Of a stretch of DNA of 64,000 bases, positions 1 to 62,330 are shown one piece after another. The stretch comes from Macrostomum lignano (lineage: Eukaryota). A program made the position numbers and the translations under genes. Within the stretch, counting starts at the first letter, position 1. The number at the start of each line of letters is the position of its first letter. The notes under the pieces were generated by a model. That model saw only the letters and a program-made list of their open reading frames with translations, was not told the origin of the DNA and did no database searches. Location of the stretch: contig NIVC01001610.1 of NCBI GenBank assembly GCA_002269645.1, positions 62,001-126,000 on the forward strand. The letters run 5' to 3'.

Positions 1-488
1 TGATCCTACACATCTCTCTGATGTGATCCTACACATCTCTCTGATGTGATCCTACACATCTCACTGATGTGATCCTACACATCTCCCTGATGTGATCCTA
101 CACATCTCCCTGCTGTGATCCTACACATTTCACTGATGTGATCCTACACATTTCACTGATGTGATCCTACACATCACTGATGTGATCCTACACATCTCAC
201 TGATGTGATCCTACACATCTCTCTGATGTGATCCTACACATCTCACTGATGTGATCCTACACATCTCACTGATGTGATCCTACACATCTCACTGATGTGA
301 TCCTACACATCTCTCTGATGTGATTCTACACATCTCCCTGATGTGATCCTACACATTTCACTGATGTGATCCTACACATTTCACTGATGTGATCTACACA
401 TCTCCCTGATGTGATCCTACACATCTCACTGATGTGATTCTACACATCTCACTGATGTGATCCTACACTGATGTGATCCTACACTTGA
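1..488. repeat. 23-bp minisatellite (TGATCCTACACATCTCACTGATG)n, intronic, truncated by the window edge
   Basis: About 21 near-identical tandem copies ending just before the CTCTCTGTTCAG acceptor at 522. Confidence 0.97.
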
Positions 489-522
489 TGTGAAACAAAG
501 ACCATTGTTACTCTCTGTTCAG

Positions 523-665
523 GTCGCGGCTGGGACAGAACAGCTGGCGACTCAAGCGTCAGCGGCGGCAGTGGCGGCGGAGCCAGCGGCGTTCCGTCGG
601 TGGTTCGAATCGAGGCTGACTGCGACCCGGATCTTTACGGCAGCAACGACAGCTGCGAGCTGTAA
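523..665 (+). CDS. Terminal coding exon of an upstream gene of unknown function (..RGWDRTAGDSSVSGGSGGGASGVPSVVRIEADCDPDLYGSNDSCEL*)
   Basis: Polypyrimidine-CAG acceptor at 521-522, GC-rich coding-like sequence, TAA at 663-665 overlapping AATAAA at 664-669. Confidence 0.65.
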
Positions 666-814
666 TAAAATGCATTGCTTTTTTAACCTGGAATTCCTTT
701 GGCAACCGCATTTATTTGCTGGGTCGCCATGGTAACAAATTTATCCCGAACTGCAAATGGACGATTTTTGTTCAGTTTGGGCGTTTTTTTGAAGAACGTT
801 AGTCCATTTTCACT

Positions 815-1293
815 CTGATGTACTCCGATGTACTCTGATGTAGTCTAAGGTACTTTGATGTACTCTGATGTACTCTGATGTACTCTGATGTACTCTGATG
901 TACTTTGATGTACTCTGATGTACTCTGATGTACTTTGATGTACTCTGATGTACTTTGATGTACTCTGATGTACTTTGATGTACTCTGATGTACTCTGATG
1001 CACTTTGATGTACTCTGATGTACTCTGATGTACTCTGATGTACTCTGATGTACTTTGATGTACTCTGATGTACTTTGATGTACTCTGATGTACTCTGATG
1101 CACTTTGATGTACTCTGATGTACTCTGATGTACTCTGATGTACTTTGATGTACTCTGATGTACTCTGATGTACTTTGATGTACTCTGATGTACTTTGATG
1201 TACTCTGATGTACTCTGATGTACTCTGATGTACTCTGATGTACTCTGATGTACTTTGATGTACTCTGATGTACTCTGATGTACTCTGATGTAC
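815..1293. repeat. 10-bp tandem repeat (TACTCTGATG)n, or (GTACATCAGA)n on the minus strand
   Basis: About 48 copies. It is the source of the artefactual EYIRVHQSTS ORFs. Confidence 0.97.
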
Positions 1294-1413
1294 CAACTTC
1301 CTTATCCCCGCAGTGCAGTATTTTAACGACCTCAATGTAACTCGCTTTGTCACCAAGAATTTCCTCAAAATCAAACAATGTCCCCGTCGCATCCAATATT
1401 GAATCGCTTAGGT
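1294..1413 (-). CDS. Putative internal exon (DLSDSILDATGTLFDFEEILGDKASYIEVVKILHCGDKEV), either an alternative 3' exon of the TRPV gene or part of a separate gene
   Basis: Open frame between the CCACTAG acceptor (1414) and the G|GTACAT donor (1293). Its phase fits a 13-nt micro-exon at 2435-2423 upstream and an E-stop exon at 814-810 downstream. Confidence 0.4.
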
Positions 1414-1864
1414 CTAGTGGAAATGCTTTTTCTATCGATCAAAATATCTTGTAAATATTTTTCAACGTTTACTATTAGTAGTTTAAAACGGTGAAATGCC
1501 ACCGAATCACATTTGGATGCATATTTTACATTTGAGAATTCGTTTTATAAGCATTAACAATTGAATTGAACTAGCTCTGGTATGTAAACTCACTCCATAC
1601 ATAACCATGAAGTTGTTAGATAGAATTTAATTGCATCATCCATTTAATTGGAACATTTACCATATTTATCTTATAATATATATGCTACGTTCAATTTTCA
1701 CACCAATTAAAAACATTAAAGCTTGAGAAGCTCGGGAACTTTGAGAACTCGAAAAATCAATTTGTTTATTACTTAATATTGGCGTGTGCATGTTTCAAAT
1801 GTTCAATTAACTTTGCTCAATTTCTTGGGGTCATTTTTTAATGTAATTACAAGTCTATCTTTAA

Positions 1865-2310
1865 TTTCTCACTGGTCATAGGGTCATATGGGTGTTGGTT
1901 TCTCACTGGTCATAGGGTCATTCGGGTGTTGGTTTCTCACTTGTAATAGGGTCATATGGGTGTTGGTTTCTCACTTGTAATAGGGTCATACGGGTGTTGT
2001 TTTCTCACTGATCATAGGGTCATACGGGTGTTGTTTTCTCACTGATCATAGGGTCATACGGGTGTTGGTTTCTCACTGGTAATAGGGTCATTCGATTGTT
2101 GGTTTCTCACTGGTCATAGGGCATACGGGTGTTGGTTTCTCACTGGTCATAGGGCATACGGGTGTTGGTTTCTCACTGGTAATAGGGTCATTCGGGTGTT
2201 GGTTTCTCACTGGTCATAGGGTCATTGGGGTGTTGGTTTCTCACTGGTCATAGGGTCATTCGATTGTTGGTTTCTCACTGGTCATAGGGCATACGGGTGT
2301 TGGTTTCTCT
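1865..2310. repeat. 34-bp minisatellite (CTCACTGGTCATAGGGTCATACGGGTGTTGGTTT)n
   Basis: About 13 tandem copies. Confidence 0.95.
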
Positions 2311-2454
2311 TTGGTTATGATGGGAGGCCAAATCTTTATAATAAAAAAAATAAGAAGGAAATTAGAGGTTCACAGCGTCAGTAATATTCAATATTACATT
2401 TTTTTCTGTCTGTTACTCGTACCCGGCTTGAGTCTCTGGAATTTACAAAATCTG

Positions 2455-2460
2455 TTTATT
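2455..2460 (-). promoter_or_regulatory. Polyadenylation signal AATAAA for the TRPV gene
   Basis: TTTATT on the plus strand, about 50 nt downstream of the TGA at 2514-2512. Confidence 0.5.
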
Positions 2461-2511
2461 TACAATTTTCAGGCTAGCAAAGTATTTTGTAATTGGACAA
2501 AGCTCAGCAAC

Positions 2512-15021
<12,510 letters not shown>

Positions 15022-18000
15022 CTTTCCTGCTCAGAATTCGGTATGCTCAACTGGCTGCTCGAAGCCAGTCCGGTTTTATCGAGCTCATTTTTATCTTGCT
15101 TTACTTGGCGGTTCCATGTGTACGAGACTTCCCGCCACGACCGCCCGCTTCCAACAAATTATCAGTTTAGTACACACAGCTGCACCCATGGTCCAATCGG
15201 GCATTCGTCGTAGCTGATTCCTTGCATTGAGGTGTATGCGTAAAAATTTATTTGAACAGCACGACACGGGTGTATGTCCAAGTTTGTCGTACGAATGCAC
15301 AAACGCATTAGGAAGATAGAAATTCTTTAGAACTACGCTCGCCAACCTATGTTTGGTAATTTTATGTGAAAGCATGAACTGATTTTCAAATTAATCTGAT
15401 GGGCGCTACGAGTTAAGAAAATCGACGAAAAAATACAATTATATAACTTTTTGCAACTGCAGTGATCATAGGGCCTTTTCATATTGCTTGCTCTGGTTCC
15501 AGAACCAGAACCAATTTGTGAAGTATAACTTTTTGTCTCCATAACTAGAGGGAGATACGTGCTATAAAGTTTTTATTATTGAATGACAATCGCCAAGAAG
15601 AAAGTGAAAAATGGTGCTAAGTTAGGTTGTTAAGGCAGTCAAATATTAACAGAGTTTTAGTTATACTGCTGTTTTTCTTGGAATTCCGAACCGATTCTGG
15701 TTCTGGAATTGGTAATATGAAAAGGCCCATAGAAACTAAGTCCACAATGAAAGCATGAAGCTTGCACTCGATTTCGGGTAAATATTCATGCATACTCAAG
15801 GAAAGCATATGCATGTACTGAGTATATTTTATAGATTAAATGTACATGCATTTTTGTTAGTGTGCATTTTCCTTATTTGTCTACAGATACAGTAATACAG
15901 AGCATCAAATAAAAGTTCATTGTAGTAGATATTTTGTAGTTGCATTCGTATATTTTAATTTTATCGATTTGGCACCTTCTTATAGACGGCCCAACTAAAC
16001 ATATACACATGAAGCAGCTACTGAATGTATTTAATGCTCAACAATGTTACAGTACATAACTGTACATGCAGAATTTATTACACGCAAGATAAATGTACCA
16101 AATTCTCTCGCATAAGCAGTAAAAAACAAGACAATATTTGATATTAGTTAAAAGTCATAGTCACAAATCTGATTTGGGCATCCTGAAGGCGTAGCCACGA
16201 GCATTTTAAAAAAATAAAATCCGTTCTAGTGACTAATAGGTGTGAATAAAAAATTATGATTGAAAGACTTCAAAGGCTAAACAACATGAAGTACAAAAGT
16301 GCGAATTAGCACTTGAAACTTATTTTTAAAATGAAAGCGAAAAGCCGTACACAAGTCTTACAGAGCTAGAGCGTAAATAAGCCAAACATATTTTGAAGTC
16401 TGGAGAAAGCTATACGTCGGAGGGTCGTTCTCAAAGCTAGGTCACAACTTTTTGTTATTGCAAAAAAAGTTTATACATCGACCAATAATCGTACAAAAAA
16501 AATTATTTCGACAATTTCTGTAAGAAGCTGCTACTAAAACCACAAGAAAACTTGAAATTGACAAGAAATCAAGGCTATTTGTTATTCTTTGTTGCGGAAA
16601 ATAAACGACAAAAATATTAAAGAGAAAATAAAATTTTCTTCCATTTTTATTTTAAATATGCAGTTAAATTTCTTTTGCAAAAATAAAAGAACAAGAAATT
16701 GACAAAGGAAATGTTTTTGAGCACAGCATTTTGTTACTCTGCTCTAAATCCCAGACATTTAAAATTATCGTGTGCGAAAAAGTGCGAAATTATTATAGCA
16801 CGCACTCGAAAGAACTTCGATCAGTTTAACTAATCACTGAATTAAGAAGTCTAAATAAGTCTTGAAAGGTTGAACTAAAAATCAAGTTTTCACTATGTAT
16901 CTTTTCAAATGCAAGATGATTCGACAAATAAAGAATGTTCATTTTTACCTTGAATAGAATTGTTCATTTTTACATTAAATATAATAAAATCTAACTAATA
17001 ATAGAAAAAGTCAGGGAACTATCCTTGAACACCAAAAAGCACATTGTGGATTTAATATCGACTGCATGTTCCTTAATAAAGGAATTCGGATACTAGTATA
17101 TATTTGATTATTTGTAGCATAATTTCTGAAAACTATAACTTGCTTGATTTTACTTTAAGTACTCATTACATTAATACTTATACCAAAGCTACATGTACTT
17201 AAAATAAAAAATTATAGTTACTTATTAGACATTTTACTCCAATTAACTTAAAATAATTCAAATTCATTTTAATTAATTCATTTTTTGAAACATTTTGAAA
17301 ACTAGACAAAATTGAATTATTTCTGAATTATTGAATTGAATTACCAAAAACCTACTAGCTTAACTAAAATAGCAATTAGTCTTTAAGAAAAGATTTCACT
17401 TGTTAATTGAGAAAAATGAGGATGTGCGAGGTGTAAAAATGCGAAAGAGCATGCAGGAAACAGAGACAAACAAAAATGTAGGTAAAAGACACTGCACACG
17501 CACATAATATGATAACCAGACATAATGCGCACACTGAAACACCAGTAGCAATGACGCCCAAGCTTTTGATGATCACAAGCGAAAAGGCAAAACCCAGCCA
17601 TCAATCAAAGAAGTAGACTATAGCACGCATCTTGAGTGCATCACGCATTTTTTGCAGAGAAGCTCGAAAATTAACATTGTATTCTGTGCACAACCACCAA
17701 CTGCGACAGGGTCTGCCGGGGGATTTGTGGGCACGCGGTCGCGGATACAAATCGGAGGAGTCGCTGACCAATCTGAAATTACAAGCTAGTACATGTAATT
17801 TTGTGTATTAATATATTTAGCCCGCTTTATTTATATGCTCTCGTCCGCCTCTCGTTAATGCATCCCCAGACTCATGCAATAATCAAACTTATGATCAAAC
17901 TATGCATGGCTTCCGTCCCTCGCTTTGAATCTCTCACCTCCCCAGAGTTCCATCAACCTTACCGTAGTGGCTTCCTATGCAAAAATCATCCCTCCGCATC

Positions 18001-20645
18001 TTACACAGGCTACTTCAGGCTGTAGACTGTACTACACTATTAATTAGTTGCGCTAAGGAATCTACATGTATTTGCTCGCAGCGCAGCGCGCTGCTCAAAT
18101 AAGTTTAGATCTATCTAGATATTCTAGTAATTTCAGGTTTGTCCATACGTAGACTAGAGCTCATGAGATGAGAATTCCATTAACTAGTACATTTAATATG
18201 AATGAACTGCGTGTGTGTGTGCTGTGCATACATATGTATAATATACGAGTAGCTCGTAGTTTATGGGCCAAATTATTGTGTGGCACAATTCTTGGCATCA
18301 CTCAGCAGGCACAAGATGCAGTTAAGCAGCGCACGAAAATTCTACAAAAGAAATTGAGCCTGGTTGAGGTGATGCGAGGAGGCAGATCCACACAATCTCA
18401 GTGAATACACCAGACTGCACCAGATACAAGTCCAGTCGAATGTGCGCACTGGTCTAAGCAGCACACGCATGTCCTCCTGACAATGACGGCACCTAGCTTC
18501 GTCCAAGCCTTTGCCAGCGTCACTGACAGCGTCAATACTACCATGCAGTGCCACCTGCAGCACCGACAACAGCAATTCCTCCAGTTAGCCCACAACAGTG
18601 GCTAAACTGAGGGACAGGGAACCTACCCGCAGAAGACACACACATACACACACACAGCACCGGCAGCAGCACTCTGACAGCATAACCTAAAGCTCCATGA
18701 GCTCAGTTTTCAAGCATTGAAGAAGCAGAAGCAGTCATCTTGAATCCAGGGATCAGGAAGAGTGTTGCATGTCCGACATGTGCTGTTTCCGTGGCAAAAG
18801 GTGATGGAGCAAATTAATCAACACTTACTATCTAGCTCGTATTAAGACTAAAAAACTGAGGCAAGCTGGGATTAAACCAAAGAAAATTTTTTACTATACT
18901 TTTTTACCATATACTTTTACTATACTTCTATAGTATAGTAGAGAGGTACTCTATTTAAATGCAGTAAGAAGTGAAACAAATTTATATATTTAATTATTAA
19001 ATTAAATTAATTCAAGGTAAATAACTAATTTAACCAATTTATTAGGAGTATTTAATATTATAATAAATTGATTTTTATACCTTACACGAAATAAGCTCTA
19101 CATTCATTTCTTAGCTTGGGGCCCATCTGTATAAGGTCAGTTTCTTCAAAATGCTGATTAATTAATTAAGGCCTGTTGTCTTTAATTAAATTTATAAGGG
19201 CATCTTAGAAGTTAATATTACTATATAATACATGTATAATATTATTACTATATTATAATAATATAGTTGCAATTTTAATGACTATTGAATAAGTCTAAAT
19301 GCTTCCCCTATTGACTTTAAATATATGGTATCTTTCCCTTCAGAAAAAATTAGCATAGAATGACTTGATGAAAACAAAAAAAATCATTTCGAGATACACA
19401 TTTGCTGATCATTCAGGTCAAATTTCAAGGTCCAGTTTTGCACATGTTTCTCTGTAGCTTGGTTACAAGGATTCTAATAAAAATATAATAAATATGTCCA
19501 ATGAACTAACTGATACATAGCCAAATTGAAGTATTTTCATAAACAAAAAAAATCATTTGCTCAGTTTACTTTACTGGATATCTGTGTAAAATTTCAGCTC
19601 AAAAGGTGCTCCATGGAGAATGCTAGTGTGGTTACAGGATATTTATTTTGTGCTTCAAAGTAGGAGTTTATTGCGATGCATGGTTGCTTTTAATTATTTT
19701 TATCAACAATAGTGCTCTATTTCATAACAATTTTTTACAAAAAGATAATAAGACATGTTTTTCTAATTATCTGCATCAAAATGTATCATTTTAAGCGCAC
19801 ATTCTAGACGTCAGCTGAAAAATACATTTTGTGAGATGAGAAGAGGCTATCCCACCGGAAATGCTAGGCGTACAGTTAAGCGTCTATAAAATAATTTATA
19901 GCGCAGTTTATTAAGCTTTAAAAAAATCTTAAATTAAATTTATATAAGCTTTCATTTTAAATGTAATATAGCAAGGTTTCAACACAACAACAACTTTTTT
20001 TAGCTACAGACATCTTGTAGTAATCAAAAATTAACATCGGTAAAATGATTGAATTTGAATTTTTTCATCGCTAATTATCGCTTAATACCTCCAGATGATT
20101 AAAAACACTTTTGCATGATAAAGTTCAACCAAAAAATTATCTTTATTCACAGATAAAAGTGTCCTATTATTTTCAATATGGCAGTAACAATAGTAAATGT
20201 TCGGAAAATTGTTAAAATTTTTGCTCCTCCTAGAATTTGCGAACGACCCCGGATAACGTGTTAAATTTCATTTCGTAAATGGCAAAAGGTACAACAAAAT
20301 TTTTAAAATATGCTAACAGCCTATGTAGAACTTATCATTTAAGTTGATAAAAACACATAAAAGTAAAAGATATTTACTTAAGCTTTTTTAAAAATATTTC
20401 TATAGCCAGTTACTATAAACACAACGTATATTTAACATACATTTAACATGGGGATTTTTACTGTGCACACGTTTTTAAACTCAAGCAAAACAAGCAGCAA
20501 ACATCATATAATGGAAACACTGGATTCTGACTGCTAGTTTTCTGCATATCATAATGAGCTTTGTGTGATAACAAGACTTCAAACTGTGCTTTTTATTCTA
20601 CAATTTGCTTTGACCAGCAGTTTGCCAATCGATTAGCTCCATATT

Positions 20646-21877
20646 CAGTGTTGGGCACTTCCGTTACCGAGTAACTTGTAAATGGTAACGCAAGTTACTT
20701 TTTCGTAAAGCGTTCCTTACGCAAGTTACTTTCCTATTTTGGTAACGGAGTAACGGTAAGTTACTCAAATTTCGGAAGTCCGTTACAGTTACTTTGCAAC
20801 AATCGCAATATTTAAATTTAAAACTGATATGCTTAGCTATTACGCCAGTTGTCACATTTTTAGCATTTTTCATTCCTAAATTCAAAACTAAGTGAATAAT
20901 ATCATACGGTATTACGCTGTAATTAATAAAGAAATACTTGAAACATGTTTTTACTTTGTTATTTTCGGTAAAATATTTTTGCTTTTCGTTTTTAAGTTAA
21001 TAAAAATATTTTGTTTAGTTCTTAGAAACAAACAACCAAAGAAAGAAATTCATCTGTAGTCTCCACAAATCCACTCAGTGATCGACGTAGCCAGGAATTT
21101 TAATTGGGGGGGGGCGGGTTGGCCTGGCTGGCCATGCCTCATGCCATTGCCACTTTTAGCGCCGCAAGCACTCATTTAAGCGCCGCAGGCACTCATTTAA
21201 GCGCCGCAGGCACTCAATCGCCTCATGGTTTTTGGTACCCGCCACGCCAAACCCCACCCCCCCAGGTGGGGTGTCTTGCAGGTGGGGTGAAGTTGCCGCC
21301 CCAACGATTGTTAAGGCGGCCTCCCTGGCTACACCACTAAAGTCCACTGGCACTGCACTGCACTGCACAATAATTTAATATTATGATAATAATTGAAAAT
21401 AAATAAAAAGACTAGTAAAGCAGACTGTAGAGCGGAGTAAAGCCAGGTACTTATTACGAGCGATGTATTATCAAGGACAACTGAAGTTACGTTAAGTTGT
21501 CCTTGTGTATTATAACTTATAATGTTATTAAAAATTAAATTGCGTTTTGCCTTTAACGTTTCTGACCTTCAGCTTCTCTTCTTTTTACGGAAAGGGCCTA
21601 AAGTGATTAAAATTTAATACAGTTACTGAAATTAATGTTGTTGTATTCTTCCTCCTGGCTTTCGCGATCATTTGTGCTGTTCCAGCGCATTTGCAATGTT
21701 AAAAAAGCAGAAAATTTTGTTAATAACATAGGTAACGGAAGTAAGTAACGGAAGTAACTTAAAAGTTACCGGGTTTTTGTTCAAAGTTACTAGGCTAACG
21801 TAAGTTACTTTTTAAAAAGTGGTAACTTAAGTTACAGTAACGCAAGTTACTTTTTTTGAGTAACTTGCCCAACACTG
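20646..21877. mobile_element. Non-autonomous hAT-type DNA transposon, 1,232 bp
   Basis: TIRs CAGTGTTGGGCA and TGCCCAACACTG, exact 8-bp TSD TCCATATT (20638-20645 and 21878-21885), and many subterminal GTAAC/GTTAC motifs. No transposase ORF. Confidence 0.9.
21076..21339. mobile_element. GC-rich MITE-like element nested inside the hAT element
   Basis: Ends CAGTGATCGACGTAGCCAGG and CCTGGCTACACCACTA, near-perfect 9-bp flanking repeat AAATCCACT/AAGTCCACT, and an internal 20-bp repeat TTAAGCGCCGCAGGCACTCA. Confidence 0.65.
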
Positions 21878-21982
21878 TCCATATTTTTGTCCGTTTCTAA
21901 AATCATTCAATCCTTAAATACTTCTCTGATTCTGATTAAGCATAACGCCGGTTCGATGGAACGAATATCCTCCGTTTTATTA

Positions 21983-22250
21983 TCTAAATATACTAAATCT
22001 CTAAGGTTTGTATGCTTGAATGAATGTCCATAACGCTCTACAGATTGCAATTCTTCACCGATTTTGATTGCGTTTTCGCCAAAATATATTACTAAATCTG
22101 CAACTATTGAAGCAATTTCAGGGTTTTACAAAACTTTTTGCGTTTGTAATACATTCAGTAGCTAACATGACTGCATGATAATAAATAGGCCTACTTATTT
22201 CAAACAGGAACATTTTACTGTTTAGAAATAGTCACTAGAAAGTTACTAGA
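21983..22250 (+). mobile_element. Possible Helitron-like 5' remnant
   Basis: A|TCTAAATATACTAAA start followed by GTTTGTATG...ATAACG...CCGATTTTGAT, which resembles Helitron/HINE 5' ends. No clear 3' hairpin-CTAG was found. Confidence 0.3.
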
Positions 22251-22724
22251 AGGTCACAATAACCAAATGTATGCACTATATGTGCATTAGACTTTAGTCA
22301 CAGCTAATACATGTATTATCGTTTCAACTATTAGTTTTTCTAATTCAACTATAAGTTTTACTTAAATTATTGCTAATTAAGTTACATGTAAGTTAATTTT
22401 TAGTAGTTTTAAACGGCAAAATATGAAATGTTTAAAAAATGTCTAATATATCCATACTAATAATGAGCAAAATTAATTCAAATATATATTTTTGCTTATG
22501 AAAACTCAAGTTATCTTTTTGTTAAATATTGGACTTATATTTGCCATGTTAGAGACACTACACATAAATGCATATAGAATATATTACATTATCAATATAT
22601 TACATGATGTTTTTCGAAACCCATCTCACATATTTTAAGCTTTGCAAAGAAACGATTTTGACCTAAACAAGCGAGCACAAGCACAAAAAGCTAGCGGTAC
22701 CAGCGTCTAAGCAGCAGCAGCGCC

Positions 22725-59216
<36,492 letters not shown>

Positions 59217-59719
59217 TTGCGCCTTTGCCGGCGTCGTGTTCGGAATTAGTAGCGCCATGCAAGACTGACTACTTAGGTGACGAGGTGTTTATGCTAAATA
59301 ACTAAAGCATAGCTGCTCCTGCCGATTACTTATTATTTGTTTAAACAAACTGTTCTGTTTTATCAAATCAAGCTAACATATCTCATTTTTATTTAGTTTT
59401 GGCTGTCGTGTCTTACTATCTATCTTTTTAATAATGCACAAGTGCACAACTGTTATTTACTATTGACGACGTAGTAGTGTGTGTGACTATATATACTCTT
59501 CCCGAGCTAATGCCAGTCTCGGTTATTATTACTAATTATTTTAAATGTTAATTATTTATAAATATCTTTGACTACAATTTTAAATCCTTTTTGTGAATCG
59601 AATTCGAAAGTTTTTTTTGCAATCCACGACACTTAAAAGATATTTTTTGTTATTTTCGTCTGCTGTATAACTGTCGTGTAAAACTCAAGACACTGCCCAC
59701 TACTCATAGTAGTTCACAA

Positions 59720-59725
59720 AATAAA
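59720..59725 (+). promoter_or_regulatory. Candidate polyadenylation signal of the ROCO gene
   Basis: First AATAAA I found downstream of the TAA at 59216, in an AT-rich 3' region. Confidence 0.4.
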
Positions 59726-60004
59726 ACTAAAAAGCAATACAATTACTGTATTGTTACTCACTCACTTGATATTTTGAAGCTTAAATATTTTTTATTTCAA
59801 AGGAGTCTAATGCTGCTTTTTTAACTAATATATACATATATATTATATAATATATGTATATATTAGTTCTAGATGAGATTGCAAATTATTAAAAAAAATA
59901 TAAATATATATATACTTTAAATTGATAATCAATTTTAATTAATCTTTACTTTTTATCATTTTGACAAATGACATGTGCTTTTATTGCAAGATCCTTTATT
60001 GGTG

Positions 60005-60805
60005 ATCTTTTATTGGTGATCTGGGAAGGTCATGACTGGCTTAGTCTGGTGATCTGGGAAGGTCATGACTGGCTTAATCTGGGGATCTGGGAAGGTCATG
60101 ACTGACTTAGTCTGGTGATCTGAGAAGGTCATGAATGGCTTAATCTGGGGATCTGGGAAGGTCATGACTGGCTTAGTCTGGTGATCTGGGAAGGTCATGA
60201 CTGGCTTGATCTGGGGATCTGGGAAGGTCATGACTGGCTTAGTCTGGTGATCTAGGAAGGTCATGACTGGCTTAATCTGGGGATCTGGGAAGGTCATGAC
60301 TGGCTTGATCTGGGGATCTGATCTGGGAAGGTCATGACTGGCTTGATCTGGGGATCTGGGAAGGTCATGACTGGCTTGATCTGGGGATCTGATCTGGGAA
60401 GGTCATGACTGGCTTGATCTGGGGATCTGGGAAGGTCATGACTGGCTTGATCTGGGGATCTGATCTGGGAAGGTCATGACTGGCTTGATCTGGGGATCTG
60501 GGAAGGTCATGACTGGCTTGATCTGGGGATCTGATCTGGGAAGGTCATGACTGGCTTGATCTAGGGATCTGGGAAGGTCATGACTGGCTTGATCTGGGGA
60601 TCTGATCTGGGAAGGTCATGACTGGCTTGATCTGGGGATCTGGGAAGGTCATGACTGGCTTGATCTGGGGATCTGATCTGGGAAGGTCATGACTGGCTTG
60701 ATCTGGGGATCTGGGAAGGTCATGACTGGCTTGATCTGGGGATCTGATCTGGGAAGGTCATGACTGGCTTGATCTGGGGATCTGGGAAGGTCATGACTGG
60801 CTTAA
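60005..60805. repeat. 33-38-bp minisatellite (GATCTGGGAAGGTCATGACTGGCTTGATCTGGG)n, intergenic
   Basis: About 22 copies with alternating length variants. Confidence 0.96.
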
Positions 60806-61075
60806 TGGGTCTGGGGATAATGAGTCTGGGGATCTGAGATCTGGGGATCCGAAGGCTATAAATTCGTGGACTGTTTTGCCCTAAGCATAAATGACAATAA
60901 ATCAAATATTTATACTCAGAGCCCGGTTATTCAAATGCCATATTTGTCTGTTTTCCTGTTTTCGATGGCTTAGCAGAAAATCTATTAATCATGGCTGAAT
61001 GAAGCCACGTGACTCAGACAACTGGATAAACCCCGATGACTGGGGCTGATTACGCTCTACCATTTCAGTGTCAGT

Positions 61076-61405
61076 TTAAAGTACATTGGAGGCCACTAAG
61101 TGGGAGGGTAAGGGGAAGGCTTGCCAAAAGGAATGCAGGATTGGGCACGAACCGGCCGCCAACTGGGCTTGGGAGAGCTTGGGGTGCCATGCCAAGCATT
61201 CATTCACTGTTTCCTGCATCTGTGCATGCAAAAATGATGGAAACTTTGCGCCAGTTGGGATCAAAATGAGAGACCAATATTTCTGGCTGAGTTCCAAGGT
61301 GACATGGGATTTATAAATAGCTGTGCAGAGGGTGCGATTGATGAGCTTAGCACAACGACTAAAGGGCAGATTGGCGTTTTGGGGTGTAGCGCTATGGAGA
61401 CGCAT
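61076..61405 (-). mobile_element. Possible decayed non-LTR (RTE-like) retrotransposon C-terminal fragment
   Basis: Weak resemblance of KSHVTLE...CLAWHPK to post-RT motifs (HITNE...LLWEPK). Pattern recognition only. Confidence 0.25.
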
Positions 61406-61419
61406 CTAAAGCACTATGG

Positions 61420-62330
61420 AGACACATTAGTCATTACATTAAGTGCCCTGTAGACACATTTAGGCGCCCTAGAGACACATATCGGCGCCCTAGAGACACA
61501 TTGGGCGCCCAAGAGATACGTTGGACGCCCTAGAGACACATTTCGACGTCCTAGAGACACATATCTGCGCCCTAGAGACACATTATGCGCCATAGAGACA
61601 CATTGGGTGCCAAAGAGACATACTAGACGCCCTAGAGACACATATCGACGCCCTAGAGTTACATATCGGCGCTCTAGAGACACATTGGGCTCCCTAGAGA
61701 TACATTGGACGCCCTAGACATATATCGGCGCCCTAGAGACACATTTCGGCGCTTTAGAGACACATTGGGCGCCCTAGAGACACATTGGACGTACAAGAGA
61801 CACATTTCGGCGCCGTAGATTCATATTGGGCGCCCCAGATATATATTTTACGACCTAGAGACACAATTGGATGCCCTAGAAACACATTGCTACTGTTGGG
61901 TGTCAGCAACAGAGGGGCGCCAGCCACAGAGGGGACACGGGACCAGCTACAGTTGGGCGTACAAAAGACACATATCGGCGCCTTAGAGACATATTGGGGG
62001 CCCTAGAGATATATTTGACGCCCTAGAGACACATATCAGCGCCCTAGGGATATATTTGACGCCCTAGAGACACATATCGGCGCCCTAGGGATATATTTGA
62101 CGCCCTAGAGGCACATATCGGCAGCCTAGAAACACATTAGAGACATATTGGACGCCCTAGATACACATATCGACATCGACGCCCTAGAGACATATATCGG
62201 CGCCCAAGACATATCGGCGCCCTAGAGACACATTAAAGACACATTGGACGCCCTAGAGACGCATATCGGCGCCCTAGAGTCCCATTTCAGCGCCTTAGAG
62301 ACGCATTGGACGCTCTAGAGACACAATGGA
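61420..62330. repeat. Degenerate repeat of about 22 bp (GRCGCCCTAGAGACACATATC)n
   Basis: An old, diverged array with a unique insert at about 61880-61960. Confidence 0.9.

Noticed and set aside
723-736. X-box GTCGCCATGGTAAC as the RFX site of the ciliary TRPV gene
   Set aside because: It lies between convergent 3' ends, about 14 kb from the TRPV start. The same 14-mer occurs in reverse in coding sequence at 37653-37666.
18342-18600. Small GC-richer ORFs between the two genes
   Set aside because: No recognisable motif. All three frames after the nearest acceptor hit stops, and no exon chain could be built.
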